64,000 nucleotides of DNA from Lama guanicoe (taxonomy: Eukaryota), in the NCBI GenBank assembly GCA_013239625.1, contig MU053652.1:3523902-3587901 (forward strand), given 5' to 3'. How positions within the stretch are numbered: the first letter of the stretch is position 1; the number at the start of each line of letters is the position of its first letter. This document shows, piece by piece, positions 29,030-42,468 of this stretch. The position numbers were made by a program, and so were the translations under genes. Below the pieces are notes generated by a model. The model ran no database searches, was not told the DNA's origin, and saw only the letters and a program-made list of their open reading frames with translations.

Positions 29030-29210
29030 AGGCTTACAACAAGCTTCTTCTGTATAGCACACAGAACTACATTCAATATCTTACAGTAACCTATAATGAA
29101 AAAGAGTATGAAAACAAATATATTTATGTATATATATGACTGAAACATTGTGCTGGACACCAGAAACCGATACACTATAAACTGACTATACTTCAATTTT
29201 TAAAAAAAGA
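29030..29210 (+). mobile_element. LINE-1 3' end fragment
   Basis: tgtatagcacacagaactacattcaatatcttacagtaacctataatgaaaaaga...actatacttcaat. Confidence 0.75.
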
Positions 29211-29379
29211 TAACAATTATGCTGCATTTCAAAATTCTAAATTTATATGTCAGTTTGTGATTTGTAATTCTGAATATATTTTCCCATGTTACAAGAGTTA
29301 ATAAGACCCTGGGCCAGCCCATAAAAGCCTACTTTATCCAGTACTACAGAGTTCACCATTTTAAAACCTTACCTTACTC

Positions 29380-32280
29380 AAGTTCTCAAGCACATTTGAC
29401 AAGGTGATCTCTCCCTCCTTGAAAGACTTTCTTCTCTTGGCCTTTGTGAAACCAAGCAGCATTGGTCTTCCTCCTACTTTACTGACCTTCACTTGCTTCT
29501 CCTTTCCTTCTCACCTTCAGGATTTACAGTCTTCTGCCCTTATTTCTATTTATTCTTTCTTAGTGACCTCATCCAATCAGTGGATTTAAATACCATCTGT
29601 ATGCTAATAATTCCAAAATTTATATCCCAAGCCTGAACCTCTTCCTTGAGTTTGATTTATATGTAAAGATTGCCTACCCTATATCCTCTACGTGGAGGTC
29701 AAATAGGCATCTCAAGCTTAACATAGCCAAAACAGAACTCTTGATTGACTCCTACAATCCTGCTTCTTCCAGGCTGTTCCCTCTCATTTAATGACACCAT
29801 TATCCACTGAGCTGCTCAAGACAAAAACGTATCAGTCATCCTGATTCCCCTCTATCCTAAATCCTGCTAACGCTACTTAAAAAATATATTTCATATTCAA
29901 TCACATCTCACTACCTATACCACTGCACCCTACTCCAAGCCACCATCATCTTTTTAGGAGACTACTGCAATTTTTCTAAATGGCCTTTAAGCTTCACTTT
30001 TACCATTTCCCACAATCCATTCTCCACCCAGCAGCTAGACAGAGCTTTAAAAAATGTAAATCACATCACTTAAATGTCCAATAGCTCCCCTTCACCCTGA
30101 GAAGAAAGGTCACAAATTCAGTTTTAGATATGCTGAATTTGAGGGGTAAAAGGCATATACATGGAGACTTAGAGAAAGGCATATACATGGCCCTAAAGAG
30201 AGATTTGGGCAGAAGTTACAAAGTGACCTTACTTACAGGCATATGGATGGAAACTAAAAACCATGGATTTGGCGGAGAATATCTAAAAAAAGTTGAAAAA
30301 AGAAGGGCAGAGGCATGGGACCATGACTTAAGAATCTCAATATCTTAAAGGCCTGGTAGGAGAAGAAGGGTTGACAAAGAAGACTAAGTATGAGAGTCCA
30401 GACACGTAAAAAGAAAACCAGATGCCAGGGAAGACAAGGGAAAAGGATGTTTCAAAATTAAGAGAGATCAGTTAAGATGGAAACTGAAAAACATCCACTT
30501 GATTTGACAACGCTAAGTCATCTGTGACTTTAGCAAGAGCTACTTCAAAGACACGATGGGGAGGTATGGTAATGAAGATAGCAACTCTAGTCAATGCTTT
30601 CACAGACTTGGCTATGATAGAAAAGGGAGAGACCACAGAGAGAAAACTTGTGCAAGCTCAAATGCTATAGGGACAATTTGATGGAGAGAAAGAGGTTGAA
30701 GACGGGAACAGAGAAGTGGTAATAATGTAAATTTTCCAAAAAGGCAGGCAGGGATGGAATCAAGGTACAGATGAAAGGATGCAACAACTATTTCTGTTAA
30801 TATTAAACATAAAATTGTACATGAAAAGAAAGTATTTGGAAAAGCCATACAAAAATTGTATGTACCAAATTCTGAGGTTAAAAAAAAGTATATTTAGACT
30901 TATGTAATGTAAAATAACCTAAGCTCAACTCTTCTGTATGAATAACTATAGACACTAACTACTCATAATATAATCACTAACTCATTCAATAAATACTTAC
31001 TAAACGTCTGCTATAAGTGGGGCAGTATTCTAGTCTCTATGGAAGATGACAGAGAATAACACATTATTTTTGCCTTTAAGAAGCCTATAGTTAGTAAGCA
31101 GGTAAGTTCAAAGACAAGTAACTGCAATTCAGTGTAAGTACTATGATCCTTTGTACATACAGAGGAAGATGGTGGCACAAAGGAGAGGCACAACAAAATG
31201 GACTCTAACAGACTGGGTTTGAATCCTAACCTTGACATTTATTACCTATATAGACTTCGGGCAAATTCTGTAGCTTCTCTCTAAGCCTCAGTTCCTCATC
31301 ACAGAAGGGGATAAAAAAGTTACTTACCTCACAAAGTTAGGAGGACTAAATAAATTAATGCTGTAAAACACCTTGAACAGGGTCAGACACACAGTAACTA
31401 CTCAGTACAAGTAACCTATTTGTTTTAAAAGAGAGAATAGAAAAAAGCTGTATAAAGTATACTTGGGTGGGTCTTAGAAGAAAACTAGAAGAATGGCAAT
31501 CTAGGAAGAAAAAATGGTACATGTAGAATCATGACACAGTGTAGTATTGCAGAAAATTGCAACTTAAAAAAAAACTCTCCCTCTCAGCCTACCTTGTTAC
31601 AATTTAAGGCAATTAACTGCAAATACTTCTATAGGTGAAATATAAAATGAAAGACATATATGGTGAGGTTAGACAGATAGAAAAGAACAGACAGAAAAGA
31701 TAGGGTAAAGAGGAAAAATCGACAAAACTGTGACCAATTAGATAAGGGGTGAGCAAAAGAAAGGAATCTAATGTGATTCCCAGATTTCTGGCTTGATTCA
31801 CTAAATTGATGAAGTAGCCATTAAATTAGTCAGAATAAGGAGCCTAGAAGGAAGAACAGGTTTGGCAGGAAAGATGATGAAACTGTTTTCAGACTTGTAC
31901 TCATCAGTCACTTGGGTAGCAATGTCTAGTAACCACTGGCAAACAGGCCAGAAAAAGAGGTCTAGGTTGGAGATAGATTTGGGTGTTGTCAGGATATTAA
32001 TGATATTACCCTTGGAAAAATAAAAGAATAAGGAAGGAAACAAACAAACATATATATCCTTGGATACCAATACTAAGGGACAGATAAAGGAAAACTAATG
32101 AGAAGTTCAAGCAATAAAAAGGATAACTAAGAGTTCTTTAGGAAGAGAGACTTTGTCCAATACTATGTATTCCCAGCCTCTATTTTGAGGGTGTCAAAAT
32201 CAAAATCTAGAGAAACTGGGTAGGATTAAGACTAAGAGACATCTAATAGATTTGACAATTAGGAAGTTATTACCTTAACA
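29380..32280. mobile_element. Cluster of LINE-2 and MIR fragments
   Basis: ggcatctcaagcttaacatagccaaaacagaactcttgatt (L2); cattcaataaatacttac (L2 tail); gcctcagttcctcatc (MIR, ~31200-31420). Confidence 0.65.
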
Positions 32281-32459
32281 AGCGATACGTAATTATTTGT
32301 ATAGTATTAAATAAACATAATTCACTAATAAAGAACTAAGAAGCAAAATACCAAAATGTTGATATAGTCGTCTTTAACTGGAATTACTATAGATGATTTT
32401 CCCCTTGTTTCAAGTTTTCAATATTTTTCAAATTTTAATAATGAGCTTATACTCCTTTT

Positions 32460-32863
32460 TTATTGAAGTATAGTTGATATAGAATATTATATAAATTACA
32501 GGTATACAATACAGTGATTCACAATTTTTAAAGGTTATGCTCCATTTATAACTATTATAAAATAGTTGCTACATTCCCTATGTTGTTCAATATATCCTTG
32601 TAACTTATTTTCTACCTAATAGTTTGTACCTCTTAATCCCCTACTCCTATATTGCCCCTCTCCCCACTTGTAACCACTAGATTATTATCCATACCTGTGA
32701 GTCTGCTTCTTTTTTGTTAAATTCACTAGTTTATTGTATTTTTTTAGATTCCACATGTAAGTGATATCATATAGTATGTCTTTCTCTATCTGATCCATGT
32801 TGCTGCCAACAGCCAAATTTCATTCTTTTTTATACATGAGTAGTATTCCAGTGTATGTATGTA

Positions 32864-32899
<36 letters not shown>

Positions 32900-32904
32900 T
32901 AAGA
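32460..32904 (-). mobile_element. LINE-1 3' end with (TG)n and diverged TSD
   Basis: tttattgaagtatagttgat...ttagattccacatgtaagtgatatcata; TSD gagcttatactcctttt (32443) / gagcttacattcctttt (32905); (TG)n at ~32868-32895. Confidence 0.8.
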
Positions 32905-33184
32905 GAGCTTACATTCCTTTTATAGTGGTAGTGGTAGGAGGTGGTGGAAGACAGAAAGTTTTACCAAAATTTCTGCTTTGGTAGCAGAAAAGACTTAAGT
33001 GAGTCTATCTTGAGGAAGATAGATAATAGAGATGAAATATTAGCAGGCAGAGAGCAGAAAATAAATGGAAGGAGAAACCAATGCAGAAATGAAATCTTCA
33101 TCGGAAGTAGCACAAAGGAGTACAAACATTGCTCAAAATATCGTCGAGGACCTGCAAGACAGGACCAAGAAAGGCAAACAAGAT

Positions 33185-34925
33185 AAAAATGAACTCTGAA
33201 AACCATAAAGCATTGCTGAAAGAATAAAAGAGATCTAAATAAAACCCATATTCAGCGATTGGAAACCTTAACGTTCTTAAGATGGTAGTATCTCCAAACT
33301 GACGTACAGAATCAGCACAATCCCCGTGAGAACCTCAGCTGAGTTCTTCATACAAATCAACAAGCTGATTCTCAAACTTACATGGAATTACAAGGGACCT
33401 AAAATAGCCAAAACAATCCTGAAAAAGAATAAAGTAGGAGAACTCACACTTTCTGACTTCAAAACTTGCTACAAAGCAACAGTAACTGAGGCAGTATGGT
33501 ACTGGCACATGGACAGACATATAGATCAATGGAATAAAATCAAGTCCAGAAATAAACCTACATATGATTAAAGGTCAACTAATTTTCAACAAGAATACCA
33601 AGGCTATTCAACGGGGAAAGAATCGTCTTTTCAACAATTGTGCTTGCACAACAGGATAGCCAGTTGAGATAACCCTTACCACATACCAAACATAAAAGCT
33701 AACTAAAAATGAATTAAAACATATATGTTAGAACAAAACTATAAAACTCCTAGAAAAAAAACACAGAGGTAAGTTTTTATGACCTTGGATTTGGCAAAGG
33801 AGTTTTAGACATGACACCAAAATCAAGTGCAACAAAAGAAAAAAAAAGAGAAATTGAACTTAACCAAAATTTAAAACTTTAATGATTCAAAGAACATAAT
33901 TAAGAAAGTGAAAAGACAAACAGAATAGGAAAAATATTTGTAAATCATATATCTGATAAGGGACTTGTATTTAGAATATATAAAGAACCCTTATAATTAA
34001 AATAATAAAGATAAGTAATTCCATTAAAAATTGAGCAAAGGATCTAACGGACATTTCTCAAAGACATACTATTAGTCAACAAGAACATAGAAAGATGCTC
34101 AATGTCAATCATACCTCAAAAAAGCTAGAAAAAAAGAAAAGAGAAAAAGAAAAGATATTTGACATTATTAGTCATCAGGGAAATGCAAATCAAAAACTAT
34201 AACGAGATGCCACTTCATACCCACTATGATAACTAGAATAAAAAAGTCTGATAACAGCAAGTATTGGCAAAAATGTGGAGAAACTGGAACCCTCTTACAC
34301 TGCTGGTAGGAATGTAAAATTCCAGTCACTTTGGAAAACAGTTTGACAGTTCCTGAAATGATCAAACACAGAGCAGAAAGTTACTAAATGACCCAACAAT
34401 TTTATACCTAAGTATATACCTAAGAGAAATGAAAACATGTGTCCACACAGAGATCTGTACACAAATATTTACAGGAGCATTATTCATAATAGCCAAAAGG
34501 TGAAAACAATCTAAATGTCCATCAATAAAATGTGGTATACCCATAAAATGGACTATTATTTAACCATAAAAAGAATGAATCACCAAAAAAAAAAGGAACG
34601 AACAACTGATACCTGAATCAAATGAATAAACTTTCACAAAAGACTGTATCATTCCATTCACATGAGAAAGTCCATAACAAGGAAATCCATAGAGATAGAT
34701 AGTAGATTAGTGGTTACTTAGGGCTGGGACAGTGGGTGGGAGAGAATGCAAGCAAGAGAACAGAGTGACAGCTTAAATGTTTCTTCGTGAGGTGATGAAA
34801 ATGTTCTAAAATTGACTGTGGTAGTAACTACACATAGCTGAATAGACTAAAACACACTGAATTGTACACTTTAAATGGTGAATTGTGTGGTATGTGAATT
34901 ATACCTCAAGTAAAGCTACTAAAAT
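33185..34925 (+). mobile_element. L1MA/MB-type LINE-1 3' portion (decayed ORF2 and 3' UTR)
   Basis: ORF 33326..33571 (...PKIAKTILKKNKVGELTLSDFKTCYKATV...WYWH..RHIDQWN) is L1 ORF2-like. Confidence 0.9.
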
Positions 34926-35003
34926 CATAAAAACGGGAATGTTAAAGTTTCAAAGTATTAACTACTCTTGTGCTAAAGAAAATAAATCAAAAATTGAATT
35001 GCA

Positions 35004-35153
35004 GTGATCCAGAAATCCCAATCCTGGCATAGATCCAGAGAAAACTGTAATACAAAAAGACATATGCACTCCCAATGTTCATAGCAGCACTATTTACAAT
35101 AGCCAAGACATGGAGGTGACCTAAATGTCCATCAACAGATGTACAGATAAAGA

Positions 35154-35193
<40 letters not shown>

Positions 35194-35653
35194 TATGGAA
35201 TACTACTCAGCCATAAAAAGAATGAAATAATACGATTAGCAGCAACACTGATGGACCTAGAGATTACCATATCAAGTGAAGTAAGTCAGACAGAGAAAGA
35301 CAAATATCTTATGATATCACTTATACGTGGAATCTAAAAAAATGACACAAACTCTATCTACAAGTCAAAAACAAGACTCATGGACATAGAAAATAAAAGT
35401 TACAGAGAAAGGGTGGGAAGGGATAAATTAGGGGTTGGGGATTAATAGGCACACATTACTATATATAAAATAGATTTAAAAAAAACAAGGACCTACTGTA
35501 TAGTTTAGGGAATATTTAATTTCTTGTAATAACATATAATGGAAAAGAATGTAAAAAGAAAAAATATATATGTACATATATGCATAACTGGATCACTTTG
35601 CTGTACATCTGAAAGTAACACTGTAAATCAGCTACACTTCAATAAAATTTTTT
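35004..35653 (+). mobile_element. 5'-truncated LINE-1 with exact 12-bp TSD and internal (TA)n(CA)n
   Basis: TSD aattgaattgca at 34992-35003 and 35654-35665; ORF2 C-terminal remnant (SEVSQTEKDKY). Confidence 0.9.
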
Positions 35654-35665
35654 AATTGAATTGCA

Positions 35666-38200
35666 AGATATTTAGAAAATAACTACAAGAAGCCTACAAT
35701 CTACAGGACACAACTCAAATAGGGTTCTGAAGAAAACTCACAATTTAAACAGAACGAATGAAAAGAACATTAAGCATCTAACATAAGAAGACAGAAAAAC
35801 CGCCACAAAATAAGCCTAAGGAAAGCTAAAGGAGGGATTTAAAACAATGAAACACAAAAATAATAAATAAGAAAAGAGAGAAGATAATAGAATTAATTTT
35901 TTTAAAAATTCAAGAGTGGGTTCTAAACAAAAAAAAAGGGTAAGGTCTCACACGTACAAAATTAGAAGTGATAATGAATAAAATGATAACATAGTCACAG
36001 ATTAGAATTTTTTTAATCATAAAAGAGCATCTTGCTCACTTCACACAAATAATTTTGAAAACTTGGATGAAATGAATTCTTTTCTAGGATAATATAAATT
36101 AGCAAACTTTCCTCTCAAAGATATAAATTGTAAGCAAGTTGAATTACCATACAAGTAGAGAGGTAATTGTTAAAAAGCTACTCTCCCCACAAAATACTCA
36201 GGTCCAAATAATTTCATAGGCAACTCAACCAAACTTTTAACTTCAACGCCATTAAACCAGAGAGGGAAAGAAAAAAAAAAGCATAGAAAAAGAAAGAAAA
36301 CTTTAAAATTATTTTTATGAAAGTGGCATAATCCAACAAAGATACAATAAAGAAAACTATAAAGCAATTTAGCTTATAAGGAGCAATGCAATATTTCTAA
36401 ATAAAATCTAGAAAATAGAACCCAGCAGCACATTAAAATATTAACACACAATAACAAAGTGAGTGGATTCAGGAAAGCAAAGATGGTCCAGGAACAGTAA
36501 ATCTATTAGTACAATCCACTACAATAGTAGATTCAAGAAGAAAAAGTACATAATTCCCATAGAGGCTGAAAATGTACTTCCGTATTTTAAGAAAATCTTA
36601 ATAAGATGCTAAGAGCTGACTACTTTAATATAATATGTACACTTCAATCTAAAGTCAGGTCTGACTTTAATAGGAAAGCACTAAAAAACTCCCATTAAAG
36701 TCAGGAATAAGACAAAGATCCAATACTATCTTACTGTTAAATATTTTTGGAAAGTACTAGCCAAATCAATTTGACAAAAGAAAGAAAGAAATATAAAAGC
36801 TGGAAAGAAGGAGATAAAATTATCTTTATTTGGTAATGATATGATTATTTAACTGCAAAACTCTAGATAAACAGTGGGAAACTATTACAGATAGTATTAG
36901 AATTCCAAAGGTAGCTAGGTACAAAATTAATACTCGGCAATTATAGCATTATCATATTCAAACAATAAGATATAAGATATAATAGTAGTAGAAACCCCAC
37001 TTAACAATAGCAACAAAAAAGATAAAATACCAAGGAATAAACACAAAAGGAATGTAAAAGGTCTGTATGAAAAAAAACTTTTAAAATATTATTGAGGGAT
37101 ACAAAAGTCCTGAACAACAAGAAATGGATGTACACCCTGTTCCTGAACAGAAGACTGAACTTCAAAAAGACATCACTGATCTCTAAATCAATCTATAAAC
37201 ATAATGCAGTACCAATAAAAATACCAACAAGATGGTGGAGGGATGCTTGAAGAGCTAACTCTAAGTTTTACGGAATAAGCAAGAATATACAGGAAAGCTG
37301 ACTAGAACAAAAGAGGACTATAATCAAATAAAGGGTCACCAGGTATAAGTAGGTAAAATGATCAATAAAACATAATAAAAGCCCAGACAGAACTCCAAAT
37401 TATATGTAGGAACTAAGTACACCCGCGAGCAATATTTCAATACTGTGATAACTGGATAGCCACCTGCAAGAAAAGCAAACTTGGATTCCTACTGCAATGC
37501 TTTACAGAACTTAAATTTGGTATGAATAAGTGCATTTAACTTAAAAATAAAATTATAAAATTACTAGGAAAAAATAAGAATTTTAATTTTAATTAGAAAT
37601 GATATTGAATAGGGAGGGCCTTTCTTATGACACAAAACCTAAAATAAAAAAAAAGATTATTAGAACTACAAAAAAATGTTAATTTCTGCTGAAAAAATAT
37701 ACCATAAGCAAGGTCAAAAGCCAAACGAAACTGAAAAATATCTGCAACATTTATCTGAGACAAAGGACTAATTTCCTTAAAACAGAGTTCCTATAAACAA
37801 TATTAAACAACCCAACAGAAAAATGACAAAAAATGTAACCAGATGAAATAGAAATAGAAGCAGATGTTATAATATAACAATTATGATTGTATCGTTCTTA
37901 GACCTACTGAAAAAGATGAAGAAAAATATACCTCTTAAATTGGTGATTCAAAAAAAGTTTAATAACCCACACTGTTACCAAAGGTATGGAAAGCCAGTAC
38001 CCCACCATCGATAGGGGAACACAAACTGGTACAATCTCTATGGAGGGCAATTTGACAATATCAATCAAAATTTAAATAGCACATATCCTTTGATCCAGCA
38101 ATTGTACCTCTAATAATTTATTCTCAAAACAGACTCACTCATGTGCAAAATTATATACAGGATATTTATTTTATCATCTTTTGTATTAGAAAGACAGTAA
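35666..38200 (+). mobile_element. Ancient LINE-1 ORF2 remnant
   Basis: A-rich strand; aagtcaggaataagacaaag, tggtaatgatatgatt (decayed RT FADD region), atcctttgatccagcaatt. Confidence 0.75.
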
Positions 38201-38979
38201 ACATTTTAAAAGCCCATCCAAACAAAGAAATGCTACCAGTTCTCCCCCATCCTACACACACACACACACCTTTCTGGAAAAGATACGCAAGAAATTGGTT
38301 GCTCCTAGGGAAGGAAAGCAATTAGCTGGGGTCAAAGGAAAAAGGAAAATTTGCCTTTTATCATGTGTACCATTTGGATTTTATATCATGAATATAAATC
38401 ACATTGAAAATTTTTAAGTTAAGATTTTCGGCATTATTTTTACACAGCTTTACCAATTGTTATATTTTTCCTCCTCTCTGTCAGTTTTCTAGTTCCTACC
38501 TTAGCAACAATGTTTAACTGTTTCCCCAGCTTGTACATGGCATTTACTCAAATTCATACAGGTAAATCACAACAGTAACTTAGATTCCATTGTCCCCATG
38601 ACCTCTTTGCCCGAGCTGCACCTCTGCACACCTATTCTACAAAGAGCACTGTGCCCTATTCTTTACTGGGTATATAGAGATTATGAGTTAGTAGAAATCC
38701 AGGACTAAGAAGCTATGAATTTCATAGCCTATGGGGCAAACGCATAACTACTATTGTATTTTAGGAGACAGCAAAAAGGAAAGACACTGCTCAAACAAGG
38801 TTTCACAAAATATCATTTGTGCTCTGTGAAGTATAGTGTACTATTTTTATATTTAAAAACCTGATTTTATCCATTTGTCCAGAGTCGATGGAGCTATGGG
38901 GAATTGAAACACACTAAGCAATCAAATTCACAAGAATTGAATTCCTTACACAGTATGTCAATGTATTTAGAATTTAAGA

Positions 38980-39043
38980 ATATATATGTATATGTGTGTA
39001 TATGTATACCTCTATATACATATATATTTGATATATATGTCTT

Positions 39044-39080
<37 letters not shown>
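38980..39080. repeat. (TA)n microsatellite and TA-rich low complexity
   Basis: Pure (AT)15 at 39051-39080 with imperfect TA/TG upstream. Confidence 0.9.
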
Positions 39081-39082
<2 letters not shown>

Positions 39083-41873
39083 AGAGTATCAAATCCTGCC
39101 ATTTCAAAGAATCACACACAAATAGTAATTATGCCCAAGGAGAACTATGTGGTGCTATGAGTGTGTATTAAGGAGAAGAGAACAAACAGAAGGTCAGAGA
39201 AGACTTCTTGGAAAAACACAGTGTGATCAACCTGAGATCCAGTGGAAGAGAAGTTTAAAAAAAGAGAATAGAATGAGGAGTACGAGATTTCCTGGATGAT
39301 GGAATAGCATGAACAATGGCCCTGTGGCAGAAGGGAGCATGATCTGTCTAAGGAGGTGGAAAAAGATCAAAGAGCAAGAGAACGTGATGTAGGATTATCT
39401 AGAGAATTAAAGAGGGGTCTTTTAGGCCATGTTAAGGATTTTTACCTTATCTTAAGAGCAATGAAAAGCTAGTAAAGGGTTATAAGCAGAGATGAGAACA
39501 GGCTTGTGCTCACAAAAGATGAGTGTGCTGTACAAACGTGAGTGGAAGCAGGAAGACTGCTTAGAAAGCTATTGCAGGAGACCTAAGTGAGGGATGATGG
39601 CAGCATGGACTGGAGTTATAGCAGAAATAAAATAAATAGGACTTGGTGATTGATTATATCCTAAATGCAAGGGAGAGGAAAATGTTAAGGAGGATTCTTG
39701 AGTTTCAGGTTCACATAACTGCATGGATAAAGATGCTATCACTAAAAGAGAGAACACTCCAAGATCAGGTTGTTTTGTTTTGTTTCATGGGGGCTGGACA
39801 GAGGGTAGATGTGCAAAAAGTAAGCAAGGGTTCTGAATGCTCAGTATCTGGACATCTTGGTAGAGAAGGATAAAAAATGTTAAAGAGGATTAGAATTCAA
39901 AGGAGGGAGAAAGTTAGCTACAACAACTTATTATTTTTTAACCTCCAAGGTCAGCCATAAAATGGGCCTAGACATTTCTACCCCTCCCTATCACCTAAAA
40001 GCTTTTTAAACATCTCAAAATAAAACCTTTCAATCAAGGGGAGAGGGAAGGCTTAAAATTCAATGCTTGGAAAAATAAAGAATTGGTGTGAAAGAATTTC
40101 AGAGTATATATATATATTGAAATATCAGATGTTCCCAATTCTGAGAGTGAAGAAACGTCAGAGGCTTCCTACCTGGGGAAGGAAGAATGACATACCCATC
40201 AATGGGAAAAGAAAGCATAAGAAGAGCCGATGGCCCCATTGCACGAATTTTCAGTTTAAATACTGTTTATCTTTACCTCTGGACAAATGGCTTTTCTTGG
40301 CCTTGTGTGCTAAGAGAATGCAGAATTAAGCTCCACACCGAAGCCTTTTATCAGAAATCATGGCTTCCACTGCCATCAGGTGGTGGCAGTGAGGAAGTGC
40401 ACCAACCAGATTCTTAGAGCCTGGGAATGCCTATGTGAAGCCTATGATATAATTAATCTAAGATCAAAGACTTAAAGATTGCAGTAGTAGAGGGCAAATT
40501 GATGATATCTTTGGTAAGAAATTTATCTTCTCACCTGTCAATACACAAAAATGAAAATTTTTGCTATTAATTTGGGGTGAGAAAAAAGATTTCTCCTTTT
40601 TTCTTTTTCATATTAAAGATCACATATTTAACAATTCTAGAATACCTAGTCTGATACTATCTGTCATCTCAAACCCAACTCCTGGTGTATTTTATATATG
40701 ACTAAAATTGCTTCACTGTTCATTTCAGTGGCGCATATAAATGGATTAATGTGCATTTCTAGCACGCATCAATAACCTTATCTCAAACATGAGCAACTGT
40801 TTCACCGAAAGTGCAAAATTCCCTTTTTATCTTCAAATTAACCAAATAACAATTTTTGACTACTTAGAAGTACAAAGCACAATAGTAAACACAATTCAAA
40901 AACCATCATATTCTCCAAACTCATCACCATAACATATCACTGATAAAATCAACGTCAATATTATTCACAAAAAACATGCTGAATGATTAACACACCATTC
41001 TTGATAGTTTCCTTCAATATAATATTTGACATTTTGGGCAGTACACCTTCATTCTACTATACTGAATATTCACTCACAAATGTAGCTTTTTTCCCATTAT
41101 CTACGCACATACATCGATTTGATTGTCTGTCTTTCAAGGCATGTGAACACAAGGCTAAGAAATTGTAGGCAAAAACGTGAAATAATCACACTGGGTAGAT
41201 GTTTTTACAATTCTCAATCAGATGTTTTCATATGGTAGACACAACATAATTTTGTCACTAAGTATATTCTTGATCTTCATTTTCTCCCGTTAAATCCAGA
41301 CACACCATCCATTCTGTCTCTGGACATTCCAAAATATTAATAATTCAACTAGTTTTCCCTAATTTTCTTGGTTCTGTTCCCATCCACCTCCAACACCCCC
41401 AACCCCCGTCTCCTTTCTTGTTTCAGAATGCCTAACTCTTACACACTCGAGGTGATTTTTACAAAATCACTCTTTGGAATGCTCTTCCCTCTTCTCTCCT
41501 TAAAAATAATCTCCCACAGCTAGGCGCCAATGTCTTTCTTTTACAAGATCAAACTGCCTAAGAGGACGAGACTGAAAACCGAGTAAGCGAAACATTTGGG
41601 AATGTCAATGAGACAGCGTCCTCTCCTTCGAAAAGAAAACACAACTCTTAGCATAGAGCTTTCAATAGAGCAAAAATACTTTTTCCCGCTGTGCTCCTGT
41701 TCCCTTCCAGACCTCAAAGACACCTTTCCTTTTCTCTAAGCCCCGGTCGCTCTGCTATGCGTGGGGCCTGCCTTTCCTCCTCCCAAGGAAAAGCAAGCCA
41801 GGGAGAAAAGAAAAGGTAGCAGTCCCCTTCTCGCTGCGCCTGCGAGCTGTCAGGATCGTGCCCCACGACTCAC

Positions 41874-42042
41874 CTGGCAGGTGCGGCCGCCCGGAGAGTT
41901 GCACGAAGCGGTTGAGCTGGCCAGTCCCCCGACCCCCGCTGCCCCCACTGCCCCCGCCGGCCCCGCTACCTCCGCCGCCGCCACCACCTGCGGCGCCTCC
42001 TCCCCTCCGGCGGTTCCTGTCCCAGCCCTGGGCGGCCGACAT
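41874..42042 (-). CDS. KLHDC10: KLHDC10 coding exon 1 (169 nt coding), Gly-rich N-terminus
   Basis: ATG at 42042-42040. MSAAQGWDRNRRRGGGAAG...GTGQLNRFVQLSGRPHLP, ending CCAG|gtgagt. Lies in a CpG island. Confidence 0.96.
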
Positions 42043-42413
42043 GCCGGCTAACGACTGCCGCAGCCCGGTCGCGGCAGCCCGTGGCCCGGCGGCACTAGCC
42101 GAGCCTCCTTCCTGGGCTCCTCAAGAGACCCAGGAGACAGGGGAAGGGGGAGCGCCCGGTCTCACCTGCGGCCAATGACTGACTTACTTGGTGACAGGCA
42201 GCCAATGGCCAGTCGTCTTCTTGACAGGTGGAGGGAGGCGGGGAGAGACGTGGTAACCATAGCTATGGCTAAAAAAAAAGTGGGGGGAGAGAAAGGCAGA
42301 AGCAGCCACTCATCACTCGTATCCACCGCGCTAAGCGAGCCCGCGTCGCCAGGACTCCTGCGGGATCAGGCGGGCCAATCGAAGGCCGAGTGAGCGAGGC
42401 TACGCCTGTAGAG

Positions 42414-42468
42414 AGTCCCGGCGGCAGTCCCGGCGGCAGTCCCGGCGGCAGTCCCGGCGGCAGCCCGG
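42414..42468 (+). repeat. 12-bp GC-rich tandem repeat (AGTCCCGGCGGC)x4 plus a partial copy
   Basis: Four exact units at 42414, 42426, 42438 and 42450, followed by agcccgg. Confidence 0.97.

Noticed and set aside
40364..40396. Hairpin cttccactgccatca-gg-tggtggcagtgaggaag as a miRNA precursor
   Set aside because: The stem is too short with a minimal loop, and there is no other support.
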